Below are positions 46,846-54,956 of a DNA stretch of 64,000 nucleotides, piece by piece; position 1 is the stretch's first letter, and every line of letters begins with the position of its first letter. The notes under the pieces were generated by a model. It worked only from the letters and a program-made list of their open reading frames with translations. It made no database searches and was not told where the DNA came from. The position numbers were made by a program, and so were the translations under genes. The stretch comes from an uncultured bacterium (GTDB taxonomy: Bacteria > JAGRBM01 > JAHCIT01), in NCBI GenBank assembly GCA_964621525.1, contig CAZUMS010000011.1:587-64586 (forward strand). The letters run 5' to 3'.

Positions 46846-47058
46846 TACCTATTACACAACCTGTGCCATGTGAGCGGGATCATCCGGGGACGGGAGTAAC
46901 CGGCATTTTTGCGGCTTCGGGCTGGAAAATCCCCTGAATCCGGTGCTCCGCTTCCGGTCCCCTGCGTGGCAACTGCCCGCCGTGTCGGCAGGCTGTGCAC
47001 CGGCTGCCCAAGAGGTGGCCAGCCTGACAGGCTGGTGAGAGCTGGCGGACGGCTTCGG

Positions 47059-48420
47059 TCAGGCGGCTCCGGCCGGGGCGCCGGCCGCGGCTTTTTTGGC
47101 CGCCATCTCGGCCTGCATCTTCGCCATGCGCCGCTTCATCATCTCCTGGAACAGCTCCGTGAGATAGGGATAGAGCTCCTGGTTCAGGTTGATCTCGGGA
47201 TAGAGGGTCCGTCCGACGCCCTCGGAGACAAGGAGCCCCACGTTCACGACCGTATAGGCCGCGTTCACCCGGACCCGGTGCTTGCGCAGAATGTTCACCA
47301 TCTTGGCGACGGCGATGGAGATCTCGATCTCGTTCAAGGGTTTCCCGAAGAATTCGTTCACATGGGCCGCGACGTCTTTTGCATATTCCTCGAAGTTCGT
47401 GATCCGGTGGGAAGGGGCGAAGTTCATCATCAGCTCGGCGACCTTGCGGCCGTCGTTGTTCGCCATCGCCATGAACGCTTCGATGAAGTTCTCCCGGTCC
47501 TTGTCCGTCAGGGATGCCACCATGCCGACGTCGAGGTAAGTCACATGGTTGCCGTTGTTGAACAGGAAGTTGCCGGGGTGAAGGTCGGCGTGGACGAAGC
47601 CGTCCCGGTAGATCATCTGGAAGATCGCCCTGAGGCCATGCCGTGCCAGTTCCTTCGGGTCGCAGTCGGTCTTCGCCACATCGTCGATGTGATAGCCCGT
47701 GACGAACTCCATGACGAGGATGTTCTCGGCGCAGTAATCGTCGATCAGCTTCGGGAAGCCGACGAACTGGTTGCCCTCGAAGTTCTTGCGGAAGCGGCGG
47801 TTGTTCGCCGCCTCGTTGCGCAGATCAAGCTGGCCCTTGATGGCGTTGCCGAACTCCTCGACCGACTCGACCGGGGAGGTGACCTCCACTGACGGGATGA
47901 AGGAAATCGACTGCGCAAAAATGCGCATGACGGCAAGGTCGTATTCGACCTTCTGCTTCACGCCCGGCCGGCGGATTTTCACAGCGACCCGCTCGCCGGT
48001 CTTGAGCCGGGCCTCATGGACCTGCGCCACGGAGGCCGAGGCGATGGGCTTCTCACTGAACTCGGCGAAGATCTCCGCCGGCTGCTTGCCGAAGGCGAGC
48101 TGGAACTCGCGCGGGATGAGCAGCGGGTCGAACGGCGGGACGTTGTCCTGCAGGTTCTTGAGTTCCTCGATGAAAAACGGGGGGAAGATGTCGGGCCGTG
48201 TAGACATGATCTGGCCCATCTTGATGAACGTCGCACCGAGGTCCTCCAGCATCCGGCGGAAACAGTAGGCGAACCGGGTGAAGGCGTTCTCGTTATAGGC
48301 GTCCTTCTTTCCGCCCGGCAGGAACCGGCTGATGGTCAGACCAGTGAATATGAATCCGTACTTGATGACGAGCAGATAAATCGTGACGAGGCGGAGTGCC
48401 GAATAGAAGAACTTCTTCAA
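47059..48420 (-). CDS. AarF/UbiB/ABC1 atypical kinase family protein (second paralog)
   Basis: GATFIKMGQIMSTRPD, ASASVAQVH, VAVKIRRP, HADLHPGN, DVG; TTG start. Confidence 0.93.
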   Translation of the reverse strand: MKKFFYSALRLVTIYLLVIKYGFIFTGLTISRFLPGGKKDAYNENAFTRFAYCFRRMLEDLGATFIKMGQIMSTRPDIFPPFFIEELKNLQDNVPPFDPLLIPREFQLAFGKQPAEIFAEFSEKPIASASVAQVHEARLKTGERVAVKIRRPGVKQKVEYDLAVMRIFAQSISFIPSVEVTSPVESVEEFGNAIKGQLDLRNEAANNRRFRKNFEGNQFVGFPKLIDDYCAENILVMEFVTGYHIDDVAKTDCDPKELARHGLRAIFQMIYRDGFVHADLHPGNFLFNNGNHVTYLDVGMVASLTDKDRENFIEAFMAMANNDGRKVAELMMNFAPSHRITNFEEYAKDVAAHVNEFFGKPLNEIEISIAVAKMVNILRKHRVRVNAAYTVVNVGLLVSEGVGRTLYPEINLNQELYPYLTELFQEMMKRRMAKMQAEMAAKKAAAGAPAGAA

Positions 48421-48555
48421 TGCGCGTTTCCTTCCGGCGCGGCAGACCCGGCAGGGGCCGTGCTGCTGACGGATCTGTCAGGAAGGCTTTTCTAGCCAAC
48501 GGGGGTGTGAAACCGCAAACCCGGCTTCAAAGCGGTGTGAAAGCAGACGCAGGCT

Positions 48556-49164
48556 CTAGCGCTTCAGGGCGGTGCCCACGAGAAGGTGCCGGACGAGGCC
48601 GGGGCCCTCCACGTCGATCTCCCTGGTGCCGGAAGTATCGAACCCCGCCGACCGGAGAAGGGCCGGAATATCCCGGTCCAGGGTGCAGCCCAGGAAAACC
48701 CTCTGCCACAGGGGGTTCCACCGCTTCTGCCACCGGACCATGCCGGGATCGTCCGAGCGGATGTGCTCGAGAAGGAGCCACTTGCCGCCGGGCTTCAGTA
48801 CCCGCTTGACCTCGGCGGCGGCTTTCTCGGGCGTATGAACCGAACAGAAAACGAGCGTCGCCGCCACGGTGTCGAAGCTGCCATCGGGGAAGGGAAGACT
48901 CTCCGCTTCGCCGAGCTTGAGCTCGACCGGCACGGGTGCCGCTGCGGCACGGCCCTTGGCCCGTTCGATCATGCCGGGCGAGGGCTCGATGGCGGTTACC
49001 TTCGTGACCGCCTTGGGATAGTGGGCGAAATTGAGCCCCGTACCGGCTCCGATCTCGAGAACCGAACCTGACGCCCCCTCCAGCGCCCGGCCGCGAAGCG
49101 GAGCAAAGGTCTCTGTGGCGAGGTCGTTCAGGCGGGGGAAGATCTTTTCAGCATAGAAAGACAT
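48556..49164 (-). CDS. Class I SAM-dependent methyltransferase
   Basis: VLEIGAGTGLN, AESLPFPDGSFDTV, LVFCSV, VLKPGG, LEH. Confidence 0.92.
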   Translation of the reverse strand: MSFYAEKIFPRLNDLATETFAPLRGRALEGASGSVLEIGAGTGLNFAHYPKAVTKVTAIEPSPGMIERAKGRAAAAPVPVELKLGEAESLPFPDGSFDTVAATLVFCSVHTPEKAAAEVKRVLKPGGKWLLLEHIRSDDPGMVRWQKRWNPLWQRVFLGCTLDRDIPALLRSAGFDTSGTREIDVEGPGLVRHLLVGTALKR

Positions 49165-49210
49165 GGCGGCGAGTGTAGCCGCCCGAAGGCCGGAGGCCAG
49201 CGGTGACGGG

Positions 49211-49894
49211 TCACCACTCCGCCGTGATCCGGGTGGGGGACCAGTAGAGCCGGACGCCGGCGGGCAGGTGCCGGCCGGGGTCGGCGGCGGCGAACCAGCC
49301 CTCCAGCGGCGTGAACTCCTCGATCAGGGTGCCGAGCACCACGCCGCTCGCGGCGAAGATCAGCGGGTCGTCGAGCGCCACGGGGGTGCTCCAGGCCTTC
49401 ACGGCGAATTCCCGGGCGGTGAGGGCGGCCAGCAGGAAGACCGCCGCCCCCGCGCGCGAGTACCCCCGCTGGCGCAGGGCGAGGTAGGTGGCCGTCGCCG
49501 CCGCCGGGTGGAGCAGCGCGTCGGTCTGCCACCGGTCGCCGTCGTAGAAGCGGAAATCGCCGAGGTTCCGCCGCCAGTTACCGCCCCGGGGCCTGAGGAC
49601 CCCGTCCGACGCGCCCCGGTCGATGCCGCTCGCGGCGAGGGCGAGCAGGAGGAACTGGGCGGCATCCTCGCCGAACCGGTCCCGCTCGGGGCAGACGGTG
49701 CAGTAGCGCCCGAGCTCGGTCCGGGCGAACAGCCCCCTGAGGACGAGCGGGTCGGTCTCCTCGGGCAGGGTAATCCGGTAGCGGGGCGGGGGAGGAGGCA
49801 GCGGCTCCGCCTCCGCCCGGAGCGGGCCCAGGGCGAGGGCAGAGAGGACGAGAGCGGCGCCGAGGGTTCGAAGGGTCTGGAGGATAAATTTCAC
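49211..49894 (-). CDS. Exported/membrane hypothetical protein, DUF3943-like
   Basis: Signal peptide; YDGDRWQTDALLHP..TY..LRQRG...D.LI...GVVLG.LIE pattern. Confidence 0.55.
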   Translation of the reverse strand: MKFILQTLRTLGAALVLSALALGPLRAEAEPLPPPPPRYRITLPEETDPLVLRGLFARTELGRYCTVCPERDRFGEDAAQFLLLALAASGIDRGASDGVLRPRGGNWRRNLGDFRFYDGDRWQTDALLHPAAATATYLALRQRGYSRAGAAVFLLAALTAREFAVKAWSTPVALDDPLIFAASGVVLGTLIEEFTPLEGWFAAADPGRHLPAGVRLYWSPTRITAEW

Positions 49895-50120
49895 GGCCGG
49901 TACCCCCTTTCGAGAGGTACCCTTCCCCGCAGGCGCACGGGGCGGCCGTTACTGCCGGAGCTCGATGCACCGGCGCGCCACACTCCATGATGCGCCTTCC
50001 GGCCCCGGAGGGGGAGCCGTTACCCCTACGGTGAAAGCCTTTTCAGGCGGCGTTCAGAATTCTCCCGCCCGACTGGCGGCCCCCCGTGATTTGGGCCATT
50101 CTTCCCGGCACGGACAGATC

Positions 50121-50906
50121 ATGAAGCTCCTCCGCGGACTACTCGCCCTCGTGCTCCTCGCCGCCGCCGCCCTTTCATCAGGCGGCTGCGACGGGTTCCA
50201 TTTCGGCGCGAAGGGCGGGGACAAGCCCAAGTACGATCCGGTGGAGCTCCTCATCATGGCCCGCGTGGCGGACCTGCGGAGCACCGAACCCGACATCTGG
50301 CGCCAGGCGATGACGGCGCTGGAGGGCGTGGGCCCCCGCGCGGTGCCGAAGATCGTCCCGCTCCTCGCGGAGGAGAACGCCACGATCCGGAGCCGCGCGG
50401 CGGAGCTCCTGGGCCGCATGGGCCCCGCCGCGAAGGACGCCCTCCCGGCGCTGCTCGAGCGCGTGAAGCTCCGGAACGACCGGGACATGGAAGCGGTCCT
50501 GAAGGCCATCGGCGGCATCGGACCGGCGGCGGGCGAGGCGGTCGCCCCCATGGTCGAGCTCGTGCGCGACAAGTCGGCCCGCAAGGAACACAAGCGGCTC
50601 GCCGGCAAGGCGATCGTCAAGATCGGCGCCCCGGCGGTGCCCCGGCTCATCGAGGCGCTCTCGGACCCGGACCCCGGCTACCGGTACGGCGCCGCCCGCG
50701 CGCTCGCCAAGATCGGCGGGCCGGCCGAGCCCGCCCGCGAGGCCCTCGGCGGCCTCAAGAACGACCCCGACCAGAAGGTGAAGTTCTGGGCCCGCAAGGC
50801 GCTCGAGACGCTGGACCGCGCCAAGACCGAAGGCGCCACGGCGCAGGCGCCCGCGGGTGACGGCGCGGACGACGCCGAAGACGGCGACGAAACCGGCGAG
50901 AACTGA
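50121..50906 (+). CDS. HEAT-repeat lipoprotein
   Basis: Signal with SSGGC lipobox; repeats AAELLGRMGPAAKDALPAL, KAIGGIGPAAGEAV, AARALAKIGGPA. Confidence 0.82.
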   Translation: MKLLRGLLALVLLAAAALSSGGCDGFHFGAKGGDKPKYDPVELLIMARVADLRSTEPDIWRQAMTALEGVGPRAVPKIVPLLAEENATIRSRAAELLGRMGPAAKDALPALLERVKLRNDRDMEAVLKAIGGIGPAAGEAVAPMVELVRDKSARKEHKRLAGKAIVKIGAPAVPRLIEALSDPDPGYRYGAARALAKIGGPAEPAREALGGLKNDPDQKVKFWARKALETLDRAKTEGATAQAPAGDGADDAEDGDETGEN

Positions 50907-50950
50907 CGGCCACACCCCGCCGGACCAGACTCTCCCGGCGCTTCGCGCCA

Positions 50951-50976
50951 CCCTCCCTATTCAGGGAGGGTTTTTT
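50951..50976 (+). terminator. Intrinsic terminator-like hairpin
   Basis: CCCTCCCT-ATTC-AGGGAGGG followed by TTTTTT, downstream of the HEAT gene. Confidence 0.65.
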
Positions 50977-51086
50977 GCCGCTTGACCCTTCGGCAGAGCC
51001 TGTCCTGAGCAATTTCGAAAGGCTCAGGGTGAGCGCGGCATCCGGTTCCCCCTCCCTGTGGACAGGGAGGGGGCGAGGGGGAGAGT
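50951..51086. repeat. REP-like palindrome cluster, copy 1
   Basis: CCTCCCTAYTCAGGGAGGGTTTT and CCGGTTCCCCCTCCCTG-N-AGGGAGGGGGC..GGGGGAGAGT also occur at 57384-57471. Confidence 0.7.
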
Positions 51087-51097
51087 CTCCGCGGGCC

Positions 51098-51388
51098 TCA
51101 GATGTTCTTGGGGACCTTGTCCAGGTCGCACTGGCGCAGGGCGGCGCGGATCAGCGCGCTCTTGTTCGCCTTGGTGTGCCCCTTGGCCTTCAGGTCGGCG
51201 ACCATCTTGTTCAGCAGGTCGATGTCCTCGGTGTAGAGCGAGATCGAGACGATCTTGTAGTGCAGGGGGCGCGCCTCGTCGTCGTCGGCAGGGCGGCGGT
51301 AGAACGTCGTCTGCATGACGTCCTCGGTGAGCGGGTTGCTGCCGAGGGCGGGGGCCATTGAAAGGGCTTCGTGCTTCTTGTGGTCCAT
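51098..51388 (-). CDS. Small ribbon-helix-helix-like protein, partner of ParA
   Basis: YKIVSISLYTEDIDLLNKMVADLKAKGHTKANKSALIRAAL (strand-helix-helix); GGAGAG SD; it is the real 3' part of the 508-aa ORF call. Confidence 0.75.
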   Translation of the reverse strand: MDHKKHEALSMAPALGSNPLTEDVMQTTFYRRPADDDEARPLHYKIVSISLYTEDIDLLNKMVADLKAKGHTKANKSALIRAALRQCDLDKVPKNI

Positions 51389-51438
51389 GATCTCTCCGTG
51401 GGGTCGAATCCTGCTCTGGGGTGAATCTTTCTCGCGCG

Positions 51439-52608
51439 TCAGGCCGAAGCTCCGGCCGTCTGCGCGCGGGGTTTCTCGCGGCGGTCCCTCAGCCGTTCCT
51501 CCACGGCGGACACCAGCTTCTGGTAATCCACCGCGGCGGGGCACCGGGGGTCGTATTCGAAAATCGTCTTCTTGTAGGACGGGGCTTCCTTCAGCTTCGA
51601 GTTCGCCCGGATGGGCTCGAACATCTGGTCCTTGAAGTAGTCCTTGAGGCTCGCCATCACGTCGTGGGTGATCCGCGCCCGCGGGTCGTAGAACGTCGGC
51701 AGCACGCCCAGGATCTCCAGCGGGTGGACGAGCTGCTCGCGCACGTAGCGCACCGTCTTTAAAATCTGCTTCACCCCGAACATGGCCAGGAAGTCGCACG
51801 ACACCGGGATCAGCACGTCGTTCGCGTAGGTGAGGGCGTTCTGGTTCACGATCGAGAGGCTCGGCGCGCAGTCCAGCACCACGTAGTCGTAGCCCGTGAG
51901 CGCCTCGAGCCGCTGCTTCAGGAGCCGCTCGCGCCGCTTCATGTTCACGAGCCGGATCTCCGCCGCCGCCACGGTCTCGTCGGAGGTGATGATGTCGAGG
52001 CCCGGCCGCACCGGCACGGCGACCTCCTGCGGCGCGGCCGAATCGATCAGGACGTGGTAGATCGACCGCTCCCCCCGCACGCCGAGCGAGGCGCCCACGT
52101 TCCCCTGCGAATCCATGTCGATGAGCAGCACGCGCTTCCCCGAGGCGGCGAGCCCCGCGGCGAGCGTCACGCTGGTCGTCGTCTTCCCGGTGCCCCCCTT
52201 CTGGTTCAGCACGGCGATCTTCTCGAGGTGGTGGTTCGCCGTCGCCGCCTTCACCAGCTTCGTGCGGCACTCGGGGCTGCACACGCGGCGGGTCTGGTTG
52301 CCGGCCACGAAGATCTGGCCGAGGTAGGCGACCTTGAACGGTTTTCCGCACTGGTCGCACTGGACCGGGGCGTCGGCCCCGCTGGAGACCACGCGGCCCG
52401 TCTCGACATCGACGAGCTTGGGCCCCGTGGACGATTCCTCGAGGAGGCAGTTCGAGCTGCAGTAGTAGCGGTCCCCGCCGGCCGTCTGGCGGCGCTGGAA
52501 GCTGAAAGTGAGCTCGAAATTCCGGCCGCAGACGCAGCAGGTCTTCTGTTCGGAGCGGGCTTCCTGGGGATTCAAAACGGGCCGCCTGACGTCGCCAGAG
52601 GCCCTCAC
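51439..52608 (-). CDS. ParA/Soj-family ATPase with two N-terminal Cys4 (TRASH/MYM-like) motifs
   Basis: NQKGGTGKTTT, IDMDSQGN, DCAPS, IPVSC; CxxC...YCSxxC and CxxC...VCSxxC. Confidence 0.9.
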   Translation of the reverse strand: MRASGDVRRPVLNPQEARSEQKTCCVCGRNFELTFSFQRRQTAGGDRYYCSSNCLLEESSTGPKLVDVETGRVVSSGADAPVQCDQCGKPFKVAYLGQIFVAGNQTRRVCSPECRTKLVKAATANHHLEKIAVLNQKGGTGKTTTSVTLAAGLAASGKRVLLIDMDSQGNVGASLGVRGERSIYHVLIDSAAPQEVAVPVRPGLDIITSDETVAAAEIRLVNMKRRERLLKQRLEALTGYDYVVLDCAPSLSIVNQNALTYANDVLIPVSCDFLAMFGVKQILKTVRYVREQLVHPLEILGVLPTFYDPRARITHDVMASLKDYFKDQMFEPIRANSKLKEAPSYKKTIFEYDPRCPAAVDYQKLVSAVEERLRDRREKPRAQTAGASA

Positions 52609-52741
52609 CTTGCTGAAACGTCACTAATATAAGGGGGTTATGGAACTCCTGTCAACCGGAGAATTTTACAAACGTGCCGGGCGGCCCTCCGGAAGGGTGC
52701 CGGACCGGCGCGCGGGGAGGCCCCCCCCCCCTCTGTTTTTT

Positions 52742-52881
52742 CCCGAACTCATCCCGGCGCTCCCCGCGCCACCCTTCTCTGCCAGCGCAGAGAAGGGACC
52801 GTTTCAGTTAACGGGGTTAGCTGGATTCCGGCCCTCTTTACGTCAGTAGAGAGGGCAGCCCCGGAGGGGCGGGTGAGTCCG
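52742..52881. ncRNA. Candidate structured RNA element, copy 1
   Basis: Multi-hairpin fold; 24 nt identical to copy 2; compensatory changes between copies. Confidence 0.45.
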
Positions 52882-52902
52882 TTCTGCGCCCGCCAGTGAG
52901 GT

Positions 52903-52927
52903 GTGCCGTTCCGTGCCGTTCCGTGCC
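52903..52927. repeat. Short tandem repeat (GTGCCGTTCC)x2.5
   Basis: GTGCCGTTCCGTGCCGTTCCGTGCC read directly from the sequence. Confidence 0.8.
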
Positions 52928-52984
52928 CAAGTGTGTTTATCCGTGCTGACCTGTGCAGGGTACCCCTCCCCCCCCCTGTTTTTT

Positions 52985-53112
52985 CCGGACCCATCCGGCC
53001 TCGCGGCCACCTTCCCTGCACGCAAGGAAGGCGCATCCCCAAGGCATGATGGCTGACGGGATGGCCCTCTTTGCTTGCAGAGAGGGTGCCCCGGAGGGGC
53101 GGGTGAGTCCGG
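52985..53112. ncRNA. Candidate structured RNA element, copy 2
   Basis: Same stem order as copy 1; also preceded by a C-run plus CTGTTTTTT. Confidence 0.45.
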
Positions 53113-53396
53113 TCCCGCTATCAAAACCCCAGGGGTTTCAGCCGGTTAACCCCGATAACGAGGAATAGGGAGGAAAATCCCCGCGCCGCCTGCCGTTAAG
53201 GTTTCCAGGTCCGGGCCGGGCACGGGGCAAACGGGCTCCCGGCGGAGCCCCAGCCACCGGGATTAGTATAGGTTATATGACGAGAAAGGCAAGGGGGAAT
53301 CGGCAAAGCGCAAAAGGGCATTGCCTCTAAGTTGAGTCATTAGGCCTGATTTTAGATTTTATTTTGGGAATCAATCCGCTAGCATCTTTAGGGCAT

Positions 53397-54956
53397 ATGG
53401 CAATTGCAAAACCAAAACCGGCGAACCGGCGGGTAATACCTGCAATCAAGGTTCATCAGTGGCTACCTGAATGGGACCGAATAAAATTTGATGCTGAAGG
53501 TTGGCAGCGCAAACCAGAAAAGCGTCATTTCTACATTTTCTCAATTAAGGCCGCTGAATTGAAAGCACTCACAGGTATCCAGCGTAGATCAGCAAACGCA
53601 GATCAACCACGAAAACGAGAATTAGGAATTCAGAGGCGACACGAAGAAGAAAGATCTCTGGCGATCAGAGATTTTGTTCGTTACGGCTATCCTGCATGTG
53701 ATCTCAATGTAGCACAGCGAAAAGAAGAGAAATATCGTCCACTTCTTCGGCCGGGGTGGCTGCCATCGGCAATAATTGTCAATATTCGACCAGAGAACGA
53801 CGAATTCGGACATATTTTTCAGGAAGATTTAGTTACGGTGATAGATCTACCAGATGGTGCCGCTTCTATCCAATTACCTTATGGTTTTAAAGATTCGCGA
53901 TGGAGGCCAGAATCAAGTGACCAATTTCCAATTCAGGTAATCGATGGACAACACAGGCTATGGGCTTTTAATGACGTAGGAATCGACGAAAAGGGACAAT
54001 TTGAAGTGCCAGTTGTGGCATTCGATAATCTGGATATTGGTTTCCAAGCGTACCTTTTCTGGTCAATTAATATTCGTCCTAAGAGGATTAAACCATCCTT
54101 AGCCTTCGATCTTTATCCATTGCTGCGATCCCAGGACTGGCTTGATGGTTTTTCTGGACATTCGATATACCGTCAGACTCGAGCGCAAGAAATTGTCGAA
54201 AATCTATGGATGTACCCAGAAAGTCCTTGGTATAAATCAATCGATATGCTCGGTGAAAAAACGGGGTATGTTACACAATCGGCATGGATTAATTCGTTAA
54301 CCTCATCATATATTAAAAGATGGAATGATAAAGTTGATGAAGACGAAACTAGGATTGGTGGACTCTTCGGTGCGCCAAATAAAAAAGACGCATTACTAAT
54401 AGGATGGAATAGAGCACAACAAGTAGCATTTCTTATTTACTTAGGAAATGAACTCAAATTTCGTGTAGCCAAAAATAGTGACTGGGCAGACAAAATAAGA
54501 GATTCGTCGGAAAAGAAAAAACCGGACCCGGCTTTCTACAGTCAAGACTCATTGCTGAATTCTGATCAAGGTGTTCGAGGTCTCTTGGCCGTCACCAACG
54601 ACATATTCTGCGCTCTCTCAAGAAAGTATAAATTAAAGGAATGGCAGAGTGCGAGTGATGATATTTCTGATATAACAGATGAAGCAATTAAGATTGAATT
54701 AGCCAGTATTGAAGATCAGGATTTCAAAAAGATAATTAAAAATATGGCGAATATACTATCGCAATTTGACTGGCGCACTTATTCTGCGGTCCCTGATGAT
54801 GACAAAGCCAAAGAGCGAAAGGCCGCATATCGTGGTGGTTCAGGATATAAAGAACTCAAAAGGCACTTATTAGAGCATTTATCTGGTGAGTCGTCTGATA
54901 TTGGGGAAATCGCCAGGGCACTACTTAGAAATCCAAGAAAAATCTCGCATGAGTAA
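53397..54956 (+). CDS. DGQHR-domain protein (DndB/ParB-Srx-like family)
   Basis: LGIQRRHEEER, PSAIIVN, QVIDGQHRLWAF, LFWSIN..PKRIKPSL; AT-rich codons. Confidence 0.88.
   Translation: MAIAKPKPANRRVIPAIKVHQWLPEWDRIKFDAEGWQRKPEKRHFYIFSIKAAELKALTGIQRRSANADQPRKRELGIQRRHEEERSLAIRDFVRYGYPACDLNVAQRKEEKYRPLLRPGWLPSAIIVNIRPENDEFGHIFQEDLVTVIDLPDGAASIQLPYGFKDSRWRPESSDQFPIQVIDGQHRLWAFNDVGIDEKGQFEVPVVAFDNLDIGFQAYLFWSINIRPKRIKPSLAFDLYPLLRSQDWLDGFSGHSIYRQTRAQEIVENLWMYPESPWYKSIDMLGEKTGYVTQSAWINSLTSSYIKRWNDKVDEDETRIGGLFGAPNKKDALLIGWNRAQQVAFLIYLGNELKFRVAKNSDWADKIRDSSEKKKPDPAFYSQDSLLNSDQGVRGLLAVTNDIFCALSRKYKLKEWQSASDDISDITDEAIKIELASIEDQDFKKIIKNMANILSQFDWRTYSAVPDDDKAKERKAAYRGGSGYKELKRHLLEHLSGESSDIGEIARALLRNPRKISHE

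Noticed and set aside
51098-52624. 508-aa minus-strand ORF
   Set aside because: Most of it is an alternate frame over parA. Only the last 96 codons, with their own SD and ATG at 51388, look like a real gene.
52903-52927. Tandem repeat or the 24-nt direct repeats as a CRISPR array
   Set aside because: Only two 24-nt copies about 230 nt apart, no regular spacers, and no cas genes.
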